The notes beneath the pieces were generated by a model that saw only the letters and a program-made list of their open reading frames with translations, made no database searches and was not told where the DNA came from. From the IMG/VR virus record IMGVR_UViG_3300049596_000421, positions 1 through 60,161 of that record: DNA of 60,161 bases; one strand, given 5' to 3'. Shown here piece by piece: positions 1 through 11,074 of the stretch. Every line of letters begins with the position of its first letter. Position 1 is the stretch's first letter. Both the position numbers and the translations under genes were made by a program. Source of the stretch: a virus. Lineage: Duplodnaviria > Caudoviricetes.

Positions 1-1
1 T

Positions 2-3000
2 AAAAAAGAATTGTTTGATGAGGCTCGTCGTATGACAAAAGATTTTAATATGGATGCGGTTTCATTTAAAATGAAAACATTCTATTATTCTCCGTTAACT
101 GAAGTATTAATTGATTGTTTTGCAACCGTCGCTATTAATAATTTTACTTTAAAAAATATGTTAAGGTTTAATGATTTAAGAGACTACACCTTTAATTGTA
201 CTCATATTGAAGATGGTGGTTATCACTTATCATTTTTTATGTCTCCGGAAGATATTAGAAAGAAGATTTTAAGTTTCTCACATACAGAATATAATTTACC
301 GGAATTTTCAGACTTAAATAAAATTAAACATAGAATGTTTACCGGTGTTGATATTTTTGAAAGACCTGAGTGTCCAACAATTCATTATCATAGTATTTCA
401 TCTGAATTTCCTATTGAATTTTATAGACACGAGATATTTTTTAAAAACACTTTTGACCGACTTTATTTAAAACCTGAAACCAAACGAAGAAGAAATGGTT
501 CGATGCAAATTCCTTTAGAAATTGAAAATCTACAACTTACGGTTAATAATCATCAACCTAAAATTATTGTTGAGATTGGAACCGCAAATGGAGGAACATT
601 GGCAAGATGGTTTGAAGTCCCATCATCAGAAATTGTTATTAGTATTGATTACCCAATTGGTATTCACGGAGGACAAGGATTTGAGGAAAGAACTTATGTT
701 ATTTCAGATGCTTTAGAACAGGCTAATTTAACAAACAAACAATTTTTCGCAATTAATGGAGATTCAAAACACCCTTATTTAGTTGAGAGATTACGAGAAA
801 TTTTAGATGGTAAAAAAGTAGATTTTCTTTTTATTGATGGTGACCATACATATGAAGGTGTTAAGGGAGATTTTGATTTGTACGAACAATTCTTAAATGA
901 AAATTCTATTGTTGGATTTCACGACATTATTGATAGTCAATTCCACTCTGAGAATAATTGTTTTGTTTCAACACTATGGTCAGAACTTAAACAAAAATAT
1001 GAAAGTGTTGAATTTATGTATCCCCAATTATTAGATGGAAATATTTTAGAATATTTTTATAATGCCGCCAATCACAAAGGAGGGTTTGCTGGAATAGGTT
1101 ATATAGAATACTCAAAAAAAAAAGATTTATCCAATAACATCTCATTAGTTGTTCCGATATATAACAATGTTGAAGAAACAATTATTAATGTTCAAACAAC
1201 CTTATCAACATCAAAACATATTGATGAGGTTATCTTATATTCAAATGGAACCGTAGAATCTGAAAATGACAAATTAAGATTGTTTTCAGAAACAAACCCA
1301 ATAATTAAATTGATTATTGTTGAGAAGGCGATTGGTTTTATCAAAGCGGTTAACGAATCATTTAAACTTTGTAAAAACGAATATATGCTTTGTTTAAATA
1401 GTGATGCGTCATTATATGATAATTGGGAGACACAATTACTTGATTTATGTCAAAATGAAAATAATGGGTTAGTTGGGCCTGTATTATGTGATGGGTTTAT
1501 ATTAGGTTGTTGTTTTATTGTTAAAAAATCTATTTTAAATAAAATAGGATTATTAAATGAAGGATATGGTTTAGGTTATTATGATGACAACGATATATCA
1601 AATAGAGTTAGTTCTAACGGATATGAATTAGGTTATAGTCAAATTAAATCCGGATATGATTGGGAGGACCAATTTGTTAATTTCCCAATTAATCATTCTC
1701 AAGGTAAGTCATTTAATTTAGTTGATAGTGATTTAATTACCGGTCAACAACGGACAAATAAATTAAAACTTGAAAAGTTCATTATCACAGAAAAAGTTGT
1801 TGTTTTAAAAAATTTAAGTTATGAAGATGTTAAATCATTATTAAATGAAGATGATGTTTTTATTATTGTCAATAAATCAGGTGATAATTTTGAAAAAATT
1901 AGATATGATGACGATATTGTTAGATTATCTCATATTTTTGAATGTACAAAAGAAATGGTTATTGAAGACATTGTTACTTCAACAACAAAAGGAAAAAAAG
2001 TTGAGTTTAGAACAATTAATAAACCAAAGTTTACTTGGTTAGCAAAATATGATGATTACGCATCGATGGGAATCCTATCTCAAAAGATTCTTGGAAATTT
2101 ACAAATTAGTGACGCTTCTTGTAAAGAAATTATTGGAGTCACCGAAACTAAAAATGAATTAATTCACGATTTAATTAAAAAACCAATCAATCACGATTTG
2201 GGTATTATGTTCGCATACCCTGATATGGTTGGTGAGTTAAAGGAATTTAAAACTAAAGTTATTTATACCGGAGTTGATACCACAGGTGGTTATAGTCGAT
2301 TTGTAGAAAAATCTAAAGAAATTGATTACATCCTAACCCCATCTAACCTATCAAAAGATAGAATGATTAAAATGGGTGTGACAAAACCAATTTTTGTGTT
2401 TCCTCACGGAATAGAAAAAAATGAATTCACATACAAACCAAGAGTAGTGAGTGATAAGTTTAAATTCTTATATGTTGGTGAATGTAGTGATAGAAAAGGT
2501 ATTTTCCACTTATTAAGAGCGTTTACTGAATTATATAAAAATAACCTCAATGTTGAATTACATTTAAAATCAAACACCGCAATGATATTCTATGGAGGTA
2601 ATGAAGTTCAAAAATATGTTGATGAAAATTCAAATATATTTTGGGATATATCCGATACCGGTCACGAAAAAACTTTAGAATTATATAATGAATGTCACGT
2701 CTATATTTACCCATCAAGAGCTGACACTTTTGGTATGACAGTATTAGAAGCGATGGGTTGTGGATTACCGGTCATTTCAACATCAGAACCAGGTTCAACT
2801 GAATTAGTTAGAGGGATGTATATCGATATACCGACTAATGAAGTTCCTGTAGTTGGACATCCTTGGATGACCGGAAATTGGGGTGAGCCAAGTTATCAAA
2901 TGTTAACACTTCTAATGAAGACTATACAGGAAAATTATAATGATTTTTCAAAACCTGAAAAATTAAAAGAAATTTCTGAATATGTTAATAAAAATTATTG

Positions 3001-3649
3001 TTGGGAAAAAATTACCGAAAATTTTGAGAATAATATATTACCTAATTTAGTAAAAGAAGTTAAAATTGTTACACTATTAACGTCATATAAAAGACCTCAC
3101 CATATTAAAAATATAATTAATTGTCTTAAAGATATTAGAGAAAATGGTTATAACAATGACATATATATTGTTGATAATACCAATGATGATTCAAAAGAAG
3201 AAGTTACAAAAGTAATCAATGACAATATTGACAACAAATTCACCTTATATTCCTCAAGTTTTAATTTAGGTCAACGAGGCGCTCTTCTTCAAATGTTAGA
3301 CGATATTAATATTGATGATTATGATTTTATACAATTTACCGACCAAGATAATTTATTATTAGAACCTTTAAGTACGTATTGTAATATTTTAAATGAAAAT
3401 CCGGACATATTTTTTGCAAGTGGGTATATGAGTAAAGAACACGGAGAACTTGGGTGGAGAAACACAAGGTTTGGTAATTTATGTGAAAAACGCTCATTAA
3501 GAGCGGGTCATATGTTTATGAGAGTAAGTGATTTAAAGAATATGTTACCAATTCATTTAGATAGTCAATACGGACAACCACATAATTCATCTTGGTACGC
3601 AGGGTTAGATTGGGAAGTTTCATATTGGAACCCAAAATCTCCGGCATAA
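2..3649 (+). CDS. Multidomain glycosyltransferase/methyltransferase fusion (GT17-like, class I SAM methyltransferase, GT2, GT4, GT-A-like); 5' end lies outside the window
   Basis: The frame is open from base 2. Motifs: GGYHLSFFMSPEDIRKKILSFSHTEYN (GT17-like); VEIGTANGGT and DFLFIDGDHTYEGVKGDF (Methyltransf_24-like); ISLVVPIYNN and CLNSD (GT2); FLYVGECSDRKG and YPSRADTFGMTVLEAMGCGLPVI (GT4); LLTSYKRP and FTDQD (GT-A). Confidence 0.85.
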   Translation, partial: KKELFDEARRMTKDFNMDAVSFKMKTFYYSPLTEVLIDCFATVAINNFTLKNMLRFNDLRDYTFNCTHIEDGGYHLSFFMSPEDIRKKILSFSHTEYNLPEFSDLNKIKHRMFTGVDIFERPECPTIHYHSISSEFPIEFYRHEIFFKNTFDRLYLKPETKRRRNGSMQIPLEIENLQLTVNNHQPKIIVEIGTANGGTLARWFEVPSSEIVISIDYPIGIHGGQGFEERTYVISDALEQANLTNKQFFAINGDSKHPYLVERLREILDGKKVDFLFIDGDHTYEGVKGDFDLYEQFLNENSIVGFHDIIDSQFHSENNCFVSTLWSELKQKYESVEFMYPQLLDGNILEYFYNAANHKGGFAGIGYIEYSKKKDLSNNISLVVPIYNNVEETIINVQTTLSTSKHIDEVILYSNGTVESENDKLRLFSETNPIIKLIIVEKAIGFIKAVNESFKLCKNEYMLCLNSDASLYDNWETQLLDLCQNENNGLVGPVLCDGFILGCCFIVKKSILNKIGLLNEGYGLGYYDDNDISNRVSSNGYELGYSQIKSGYDWEDQFVNFPINHSQGKSFNLVDSDLITGQQRTNKLKLEKFIITEKVVVLKNLSYEDVKSLLNEDDVFIIVNKSGDNFEKIRYDDDIVRLSHIFECTKEMVIEDIVTSTTKGKKVEFRTINKPKFTWLAKYDDYASMGILSQKILGNLQISDASCKEIIGVTETKNELIHDLIKKPINHDLGIMFAYPDMVGELKEFKTKVIYTGVDTTGGYSRFVEKSKEIDYILTPSNLSKDRMIKMGVTKPIFVFPHGIEKNEFTYKPRVVSDKFKFLYVGECSDRKGIFHLLRAFTELYKNNLNVELHLKSNTAMIFYGGNEVQKYVDENSNIFWDISDTGHEKTLELYNECHVYIYPSRADTFGMTVLEAMGCGLPVISTSEPGSTELVRGMYIDIPTNEVPVVGHPWMTGNWGEPSYQMLTLLMKTIQENYNDFSKPEKLKEISEYVNKNYCWEKITENFENNILPNLVKEVKIVTLLTSYKRPHHIKNIINCLKDIRENGYNNDIYIVDNTNDDSKEEVTKVINDNIDNKFTLYSSSFNLGQRGALLQMLDDINIDDYDFIQFTDQDNLLLEPLSTYCNILNENPDIFFASGYMSKEHGELGWRNTRFGNLCEKRSLRAGHMFMRVSDLKNMLPIHLDSQYGQPHNSSWYAGLDWEVSYWNPKSPA

Positions 3650-3658
3650 TTAACAAAC

Positions 3659-3666
3659 TATTTATA
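3659..3666 (+). promoter_or_regulatory. TATTTATA upstream motif (putative phage late promoter)
   Basis: Lies 4 nt before the ATG at 3671; the same motif precedes many genes on both strands. Confidence 0.55.
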
Positions 3667-3670
3667 CAAT

Positions 3671-3889
3671 ATGAACGAAATTAAATACCCAACAGAACTT
3701 ACTTATTTTATATCATATGATGATTATGAGACATTACCTCACTATGGTGAGGTAACGTCGGGTCAAATTATGAGAACACCAAAACCTAATATGTTTACAA
3801 CAACAATTCGTGAAGAATTTGTTCAGGAATTATTGAAATTTAAAGTTGACTATGATAAACCATCAACAAATGAGTTAACATTTAATTAA
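3671..3889 (+). CDS. Small hypothetical protein
   Basis: 72-aa ATG-start ORF packed between neighbours and preceded by TATTTATA. Confidence 0.7.
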   Translation: MNEIKYPTELTYFISYDDYETLPHYGEVTSGQIMRTPKPNMFTTTIREEFVQELLKFKVDYDKPSTNELTFN

Positions 3890-3891
3890 AA

Positions 3892-6800
3892 ATGCAGGTA
3901 ATTCAAATCACAAGTTTAACGGGGCACTCCCCTTATGATATTACAATTTGTGATGTTACCAACACGTATTGTTATTTAGGTATTTCAGGGGCTACATCGG
4001 CACCTTTAACAATTAATATCCCAACAGAACTTACTAATGTTCAAGAAGTGTTAGTTGTTATTACTGACTCTCTTGGTTGTTCAGAGATTCAATATCATTA
4101 TTGTGATGAACCAAAACCATCACAAACACCAACCACCACACCCACACCAAGTCCGACACCCCCTTTATGTAATTGTATATCATTTGAAAATACTTCAGGG
4201 GTAACATTAAATTATAGTTATACTAATTGTAACGGAGAATTTTTTAATGGAGATATCTATTCAGCAACAACATTATTTGTTTGTGGACATAATCCATCCG
4301 CAGATAGTGGTGTGATAATTAACATATCTTCAGATATTTGTATTGATAATGTGTGTCCGGGACCAACACCAACACCAACTACCACCCCAACACCAACTCC
4401 AACATTATTACCAATTGTTGGTTATTTTGAAGATAGTTGTGACCCACTAAATCAATTTACATTAGCGAATATCCCAATATCATTTAGTCCTTTATCAGGG
4501 GATTACTATATTGAGAGTGACGGGTTTGTTGGTTGTGCAACTTATGTTGTAAGCTCATCGACTAATTATATTTATTCATTTATTTCAATGGGGTCTCAAC
4601 CGAGTATCTACCATTGTCAGAAAGCCAATTTTATTTACCCTTGTCCAAGTAGTACGCCAACACCAACACCAACATCAACACCTTGTGTTGGTTGTAAGAA
4701 TTATATCTTATATGGAGGTTCAGGTAGAGGTGGTAACTCTACATTTCAATATATACCTTGTGGGGAAGTTTCATCAATTAATATTGATATCCCAAGAAGT
4801 GATTTTGGTACTGAGTTTAGTCAAAATATATGTGCCGAATGTAATAGTGTTTATAAATTAACCACTAGTGGGAGTTACGGTATTGTGGGGGCGTGTCCAA
4901 CACCAACACCGACACCAACATATACACCAACACCAACACCAACAACACCGGTTAAATATATCTTATTCCAAGTTCAATCTTGTTGTTCTAAAAAAATTAT
5001 AAAATACATAATGTTACCATCAACATTTTTACCTGGTACGGCAATTGTTAATTCATATGGTGAATGTTTGGAAATAATTGATAAATCTCGGGGAGATGCG
5101 TGGGTAACTGATTATTGGAATCATTTAACAACATATGTGGATTGTGAGTTATGTATTAAATATCAAACTTGTGACCCAATCACACCACCACCATTTATAT
5201 CCGTTTGGACGACAACATCTCCTAACGAAACTATTGTATTACCATATGAAACTTCAGGGTTTTATTATGGGACTATTGATTGGGGTGATGGAACTATTAC
5301 TACTAATGATTATGTTAATAGGTCACACATTTATGTAACACCAGGAACTTATACGATAACAATAACCGGAACATTAATTGGTTGGTGTTTTGGGTTATAT
5401 CCCTCAAGTGCATTAAACATTGTCGAGGTATTACAATGGGGTTGTTTGCAATTAGGAAATTCAGGTTTTAATTTTGTCAATTGTCAAAATTTAACATTAA
5501 ATAATGTTAGTGATGTTTTAAATTTATCAGAAACAAATAGTTTATACTCAACATTCTCCGATTGTAATAGTTTAACTACAATAAATAATGTTAATTCTTG
5601 GGATACATCAACGATAACCAATATGGTTGACACTTTTATTTATTGTTATAATTTTAATGATGACATCAGTAATTGGGATGTTAGTAATGTTACCGATTTT
5701 GGAGGTATGTTTAATAACGCCTGGTCATTTAATCAACCAATTGGTATTTGGGACACTTCTAGTGCTCTTAGTATGGTTAATATGTTCTTTTATTCATCAA
5801 ATTTTAATCAAGATATTGGAAATTGGGATGTGTCAAATGTGACTGATATGAACGATATGTTTAATAGTGGTGTTCAATTTAATAATGGAGGTTCCCCATC
5901 TATTAATAGTTGGTTAACATCTAATGTTACAAATATGTCGGGTATGTTTCTCTCAACCCCATTTAATCAACCAATTGATAGTTGGGATACATCAAGTGTT
6001 ACTTCTACGTCATTTATGTTTTTTAATACAACCCAATTTAATCAACCATTAAATTCTTGGGATGTAAGTAATGTTATAAATATGTCGTATATGTTTAACC
6101 AAGCAATATCCTTTAATCAACCTTTAAATTCTTGGAACGTCGGTAATGTTACTACTATGTCTAGTATGTTTAACGGAGCAAATGTATTTAATCAAGACAT
6201 TGGTAATTGGGATGTTAGTAGTGTAACTGATATGGTAGCGATGTTTAGGGATGCGTCATTATTTAATCAAGATATTGGTAGTTGGGATGTTAGTAGTGTC
6301 ACTAGTATGGGTTTAATGTTTCAAAGATTTAATACCTTAGTTAGTTCATTTAATAATGGTGGGTCCCCATCTATAAGTGCGTGGACACCATCATCAGTGA
6401 CAAGTATGTTTGGTATGTTTAACGGAGCAAATGTATTTAATCAAGACATTGGTAATTGGGATGTTAGTAATGTTATAACTTTTGGAGGTATGTTTTTAAC
6501 CGGTGGGATTTTTAATAATGGAGGTTCTCCGTCAATTAGTGGATGGACAATTAACACTTCAAGTAGTGTTAGTATGTATATTATGTTTGGTTTTGGAGCG
6601 TTTAATCAACCTATAGGTTCGTGGAATGTTTCAAAGGTTACTACTATGACTGAAATGTTTAGGGGAAATTTCTCGTTTAATCAAGATATAGGTGGATGGG
6701 ATGTTAGTAGTGTTACCGATTTTACTAATTTTATGCAGGGTAAAACATTTTCGGATTATTCAACAACAAATTTAGACGCAATATACAATGGGTGGAGTTC

Positions 6801-6930
6801 ATTACCTTCACTACAACCATTTATTAATATTAATTTTAACACAATTAAATATACCGCAGCTAGTTCAGCAGGGAAATCAATACTTCAAGGAGCACCAAAT
6901 AATTGGACAATTACCGATGGTGGTATATAA
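3892..6930 (+). CDS. Pro-Thr-linker, Cys-rich modular protein with a PKD-like domain and DUF285/BspA-like repeats; probable virion surface or adhesion protein
   Basis: Several PTPTPT tracts; TIDWGDG...[15 protein letters not shown] (PKD-like); more than ten repeats of FNQ[DP]I[GS]xWDVSxVTxMxxMF. Confidence 0.8.
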   Translation: MQVIQITSLTGHSPYDITICDVTNTYCYLGISGATSAPLTINIPTELTNVQEVLVVITDSLGCSEIQYHYCDEPKPSQTPTTTPTPSPTPPLCNCISFENTSGVTLNYSYTNCNGEFFNGDIYSATTLFVCGHNPSADSGVIINISSDICIDNVCPGPTPTPTTTPTPTPTLLPIVGYFEDSCDPLNQFTLANIPISFSPLSGDYYIESDGFVGCATYVVSSSTNYIYSFISMGSQPSIYHCQKANFIYPCPSSTPTPTPTSTPCVGCKNYILYGGSGRGGNSTFQYIPCGEVSSINIDIPRSDFGTEFSQNICAECNSVYKLTTSGSYGIVGACPTPTPTPTYTPTPTPTTPVKYILFQVQSCCSKKIIKYIMLPSTFLPGTAIVNSYGECLEIIDKSRGDAWVTDYWNHLTTYVDCELCIKYQTCDPITPPPFISVWTTTSPNETIVLPYETSGFYYGTIDWGDGTITTNDYVNRSHIYVTPGTYTITITGTLIGWCFGLYPSSALNIVEVLQWGCLQLGNSGFNFVNCQNLTLNNVSDVLNLSETNSLYSTFSDCNSLTTINNVNSWDTSTITNMVDTFIYCYNFNDDISNWDVSNVTDFGGMFNNAWSFNQPIGIWDTSSALSMVNMFFYSSNFNQDIGNWDVSNVTDMNDMFNSGVQFNNGGSPSINSWLTSNVTNMSGMFLSTPFNQPIDSWDTSSVTSTSFMFFNTTQFNQPLNSWDVSNVINMSYMFNQAISFNQPLNSWNVGNVTTMSSMFNGANVFNQDIGNWDVSSVTDMVAMFRDASLFNQDIGSWDVSSVTSMGLMFQRFNTLVSSFNNGGSPSISAWTPSSVTSMFGMFNGANVFNQDIGNWDVSNVITFGGMFLTGGIFNNGGSPSISGWTINTSSSVSMYIMFGFGAFNQPIGSWNVSKVTTMTEMFRGNFSFNQDIGGWDVSSVTDFTNFMQGKTFSDYSTTNLDAIYNGWSSLPSLQPFININFNTIKYTAASSAGKSILQGAPNNWTITDGGI
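5590..6740 (+). repeat. DUF285-type coding tandem repeats
   Basis: About 25-aa units (some longer), recurring as tttaatcaa...tgggatgttagta; includes an identical 57-nt duplication at 6164-6220 and 6413-6469. Confidence 0.85.
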
Positions 6931-6984
6931 TTACTATTTATCTTTTTATAAAAAATATTATTTTTTATAAAAAAAAGATATTAA

Positions 6985-8232
6985 ATGAAAATATTTGTCC
7001 AAATTGCGTCCTATCGTGACCCTCAACTTATCCCAACAATTAAAAATATGTTGGAGAATGCAAAAAAACCTAAAAATTTAGTAATCGGAATTTGTCGTCA
7101 ATACCATCCTGAGGATGGATTTGATGATTTATCTGAATATGCGAAAGATAAACGATTCAGAGTTGTTGATGTTCTATATACCGAATCTAAAGGTGTATGT
7201 TGGGCAAGAAATCAAGTACAACAATTATATAAAGGTGAGGAATATACCCTTCAAATCGATTCTCATATGAGATTTGAGAAGGATTGGGATGACACTCTAA
7301 TCAAAATGATTAAACAACTTCAAAAGAAAGGGTTTAAGAAACCTTTGTTAACAGGATACGTATCTTCATTTGACCCGGACAATGACCCGGCAGGTAGAGT
7401 TAAAGAGCCTTGGAGAATGGCTTTTGATAGATTCATTCCTGAAGGGGCGGTATTCTTTTTACCTGAAACAATCCCGGGATGGGAAACACTTACCGAACCG
7501 GTGACTTCACGATTTTATTCTGCCCATATGGCGTTTACCTTAGGACAATTTAGTCTTGAGGTTCAACACGACCCTGAATTTTATTTTCACGGAGAAGAAA
7601 TATCAATTGCTGTTAGAGCATTCACTCACGGATATGATTTATTCCACCCACATAAAACTGTAATTTGGCACGAATATACTCGTAAGGGTAGAACCAAACA
7701 ATGGGATGACGATAAAGAGTGGGGTAAGAAAAATGAATTATCACATAAGAAAAATCGTCAATTATTTGGTATGGACGGTGAAGAAGTTACTTTGGATTTT
7801 AGTTATTATGGTTTTGGAACCGAAAGAACTTTAAAAGATTATGAAATATATTCAGGACTTAAATTTTCAAATAGAGCTGTTCAACAACATACATTAGATA
7901 AAAAATATCCACCAAACCCTCAAATTTTTGAGACTGAGGAAGAATGGTTGGCAAGTTATGCAAGTATTTTCAAACATTGTATTGACATTGGATTTTCTCA
8001 AGTTCCTGAAAAAGATTATGAATTTTGGGTTGTTGCTTTCCACGATGAAAAAGACGAAACACTTTTTAGAAAAGATGCGGACATCAACGAGATTAATAAT
8101 ATGTTAAGAGACCCTGATGGGTATTGTAAAGTTTGGAGAGATTTCCAAACAACTCATAAACCAAAATACTGGGTTGTTTGGCCGTTTAGTAAGTCAAAAG
8201 GTTGGTGTGATAGGATAACGGGTAACTTATAA
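6985..8232 (+). CDS. GT60-type (Pfam GlcNAc-like) polypeptide N-acetylglucosaminyltransferase
   Basis: IFVQIASYRD, GVCWAR...LYKGEEYTLQIDSHMRF...WD and FHGEEISIAVRAFTHGYDLFHP...WHEY match the Skp1-hydroxyproline/polypeptide GlcNAc transferase family signature. Confidence 0.8.
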   Translation: MKIFVQIASYRDPQLIPTIKNMLENAKKPKNLVIGICRQYHPEDGFDDLSEYAKDKRFRVVDVLYTESKGVCWARNQVQQLYKGEEYTLQIDSHMRFEKDWDDTLIKMIKQLQKKGFKKPLLTGYVSSFDPDNDPAGRVKEPWRMAFDRFIPEGAVFFLPETIPGWETLTEPVTSRFYSAHMAFTLGQFSLEVQHDPEFYFHGEEISIAVRAFTHGYDLFHPHKTVIWHEYTRKGRTKQWDDDKEWGKKNELSHKKNRQLFGMDGEEVTLDFSYYGFGTERTLKDYEIYSGLKFSNRAVQQHTLDKKYPPNPQIFETEEEWLASYASIFKHCIDIGFSQVPEKDYEFWVVAFHDEKDETLFRKDADINEINNMLRDPDGYCKVWRDFQTTHKPKYWVVWPFSKSKGWCDRITGNL

Positions 8233-8234
8233 AA

Positions 8235-9083
8235 ATGGTTAAAATTTACGATGAATACGATTCATATTTAGAGGGAGGACATTTTTCATCACCAAGAAAA
8301 AATTTGGGGAATAAGTTGTTTATATATTCCGCTTGTAGAATAATTAGTGAGATATTAGGGTATGAATTAATATCTCCCGAAAATGCGTTAGTAAGAAGAG
8401 AAGACACCGAAAATGGGCGATATAAAGAAATTATATTCCCGTTTAAAGGGGTTAAAGGAAACATTGTGGATAACCCAATTAAAGTTATTCAAGATGGTGA
8501 CATCATACATTTAGGTAGTATTGAAAATTTAATACAATCTTACCCAAATCACGGATTTATAAATCAATCATATTTTTCAAAATATGATTACATTAAACCA
8601 TATAAAACTAAAGTTAAAGAATACTTTAAAAGTATTGTTAAAGATAAAAGGGTTGGTAATGATTTAGTGATTATGTTAAGGAGTAGTAATCACGACGGGA
8701 GTTTTGTTTTACCTGACAGTTATTACCTTAATATCATATCTCAAGAAACTTTTGATAATCTATATATTTCATTTGACCATATAAACAAACATCAATCGTT
8801 AATTAGTAAATTAGAAAAATATAACCCTAAATTAATTGATGGTGATATACTTAACGTTTTTTCAGAAATTACATCATTTAACACAATAATTGCGGCTCAA
8901 GGAACATTTTCTTTTTGGGCTTGTTTTCTATCTAACGCTAATAAAATATATTGGCCAATTACTAATGATGGTCCAAATTCCGGCAAAAACTCAGATAATC
9001 CGGTATTCAACTCATACGTTAATTTAACGGTTGATGATGAATCAAGATATGAATTAATAAACGTAACAGATATATACAAATGA
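8235..9083 (+). CDS. GT11-like (alpha-1,2-fucosyltransferase family) glycosyltransferase
   Basis: N-terminal LGNKLFIY; central LVIMLRS...YY; C-terminal IIAAQGTFSFWACFLS. Confidence 0.65.
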   Translation: MVKIYDEYDSYLEGGHFSSPRKNLGNKLFIYSACRIISEILGYELISPENALVRREDTENGRYKEIIFPFKGVKGNIVDNPIKVIQDGDIIHLGSIENLIQSYPNHGFINQSYFSKYDYIKPYKTKVKEYFKSIVKDKRVGNDLVIMLRSSNHDGSFVLPDSYYLNIISQETFDNLYISFDHINKHQSLISKLEKYNPKLIDGDILNVFSEITSFNTIIAAQGTFSFWACFLSNANKIYWPITNDGPNSGKNSDNPVFNSYVNLTVDDESRYELINVTDIYK

Positions 9084-9760
9084 TAAAAACAATAGCTTTT
9101 AGTCTTTTTGGTACCGAAATGAAGTATTACGTAGGTGCTGAAAAAAATGTTATAATTAATAAAGAATTATTACCAGATTGGACAACCGTAATTTATTACC
9201 ATCCTCAAAACATAATTGAAGGTTATGTCGAAAAACTAGCGTCATTAGGAGCAACAATGGTGGATGTGTCGAATATTAAATTAGGCAATAAAGAATCGAT
9301 TCATTTCCCATATTTTTGGAGATTCCTTTCGTTTTTACAAGACAGTCCCTCAATAGTTAGAGATTTAGATAGTAGAATTTCTGATAGAGAAGTGAAATAT
9401 ATTAGAAAATGGGAAGAAACAAATGAAGATTATTTTATAATAAGAGACCATCCGTGGCACGCACCCGTACCAAGTGGGTTATTTGGTATTAAGAAAAAAA
9501 TAGAAGAGTTTGAACAACACTTTATTGAATTTGTTAATATTGATGAATTACGTTGGGGTTCCGACCAAGAAATTTTGAGAATTTATATGGAAAATATTAG
9601 TGATGATAATGTGTTTTATTGTGGTTACGATATTCAAACCAATTATATACCTAGAGACGATAAAACCTTTTTTATTGGAATGCAACTAAATGAAAATGAT
9701 GAACCAACAGTCCCAAGTGGAGTGCAGTGTTTAAATTACCTAAACGAAATAAATTTATAA
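9080..9760 (+). CDS. Putative glycosyltransferase-like protein
   Basis: IAFSLFG...YFWRF...VRDLDSR...IIRDHPWH...GSDQ; has a DxD-like motif and sits inside the GT cluster. Confidence 0.55.
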   Translation: MIKTIAFSLFGTEMKYYVGAEKNVIINKELLPDWTTVIYYHPQNIIEGYVEKLASLGATMVDVSNIKLGNKESIHFPYFWRFLSFLQDSPSIVRDLDSRISDREVKYIRKWEETNEDYFIIRDHPWHAPVPSGLFGIKKKIEEFEQHFIEFVNIDELRWGSDQEILRIYMENISDDNVFYCGYDIQTNYIPRDDKTFFIGMQLNENDEPTVPSGVQCLNYLNEINL

Positions 9761-9761
9761 A

Positions 9762-10523
9762 ATGAAGTATTGTTTTACAACTTTGGCAGTCGGTGAGCCA
9801 TATGAAGAATTAACCGCAAAGTTATACACAAGTTTAAGAGATAAAACTCAAAACTGTGAATTTTTTATAACAACAAATAATCCTAACTTTCCTGATTTAG
9901 GTGAAAAAATCCACATTAATAGAGAGTCATTACAAAGTCTACACGATTCAAGAGGTGGGTTTAGTTTTCATTTAAATTATAAGTGTTTATCAATCAAACA
10001 CGTTTTATCTAATGAAAAACAAATGTTAGCGTTAGACCCTGAATTTAAAAAATTTGATTATGTAATCTTTACTGATGGTGATTGGATTATGGAAAAAGAT
10101 TTTTCTGAAGAGAAAATTTTAAATATGTTAAATTATATGGAAACTGAAGGATTTGATTTTGTATTTGAAAGACCTGCAAGTATTGGTGACGGTAGACGAG
10201 ACCCTGAAAATAGTTTCTATAGAGATAAAATTTACGATTATGATATATTAGAATACGATAAGTGGGATGAAGCTCACGTTGTTAATGAACAATGTTTGGT
10301 ATTTAAAAATAATTATAAATTTAGATTTTTTGCCCAAAGATGGGAACAATTTTTATGGTATTCAATCCATAACGATATTCGAAATTACCCCGACGGTTTC
10401 GAGATTGGAGTATCAGCTTTAGAAGCGGGGATGAAATGGCACTACAATGGAGTGTTTAATCACTTTTTACAAGGGTGTTTTGGATTTTATACTAAACTTG
10501 GTGATTATCACATTAGATTTTAA
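9762..10523 (+). CDS. Putative GT-A fold glycosyltransferase
   Basis: YCFTTLAVGEPY start; YVIFTDGD DxD motif; cluster context. Confidence 0.5.
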   Translation: MKYCFTTLAVGEPYEELTAKLYTSLRDKTQNCEFFITTNNPNFPDLGEKIHINRESLQSLHDSRGGFSFHLNYKCLSIKHVLSNEKQMLALDPEFKKFDYVIFTDGDWIMEKDFSEEKILNMLNYMETEGFDFVFERPASIGDGRRDPENSFYRDKIYDYDILEYDKWDEAHVVNEQCLVFKNNYKFRFFAQRWEQFLWYSIHNDIRNYPDGFEIGVSALEAGMKWHYNGVFNHFLQGCFGFYTKLGDYHIRF

Positions 10524-10534
10524 TTATATATATT

Positions 10535-11071
10535 ATGTCACACAAAGAACAACAAGATTTCCTAACGTATGTTAGAGACAAATTCCCAAATAAATTTGAG
10601 AATTGTAGAGTTTTAGATATCGGCTCATTAGATATCAATGGTAATAACAGGTATTTGTTTACAAATTATGAATACATCGGACTAGATATTGGTGAAGGAA
10701 ACAACGTAGATGTTGTATGTAGAGGTCACGAATATAATGACGAAAAATTATTTGACGTAATTGTATCTTCAGAATGTTTTGAACACGATGAATTTTGGGA
10801 ATTAACAATAAAGAAAGGTATCGATTTACTTAAACCGGATGGGGTGTTTTTATTTACTTGTGCCACAACAGGTAGACCGGAACACGGAACAAAAAGAACA
10901 TCACCAAGTGATAGTCCATTTACTTCAAGTTTAGAGAACGATTATTACCGAAATTTAGAAGAAGGTGATATTCGACAATCAATTAATGTTGATGAGATAT
11001 TTTCAGAATATGAATTTCAAAGTAGACTAAATTGGCCACAAGACTTGTATTTTTGGGGTATTAAAAAATAA
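10535..11071 (+). CDS. Class I SAM-dependent methyltransferase
   Basis: VLDIGSLDING, YIGLDIGEG, FDVIVSSECFEHD, LLKPDG. Confidence 0.85.
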   Translation: MSHKEQQDFLTYVRDKFPNKFENCRVLDIGSLDINGNNRYLFTNYEYIGLDIGEGNNVDVVCRGHEYNDEKLFDVIVSSECFEHDEFWELTIKKGIDLLKPDGVFLFTCATTGRPEHGTKRTSPSDSPFTSSLENDYYRNLEEGDIRQSINVDEIFSEYEFQSRLNWPQDLYFWGIKK

Positions 11072-11074
11072 TAT

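Noticed and set aside
6938-6982. A/T inverted repeat before the GT60-type gene
   Set aside because: It is imperfect and almost all A/T, which is expected by chance at this base composition.
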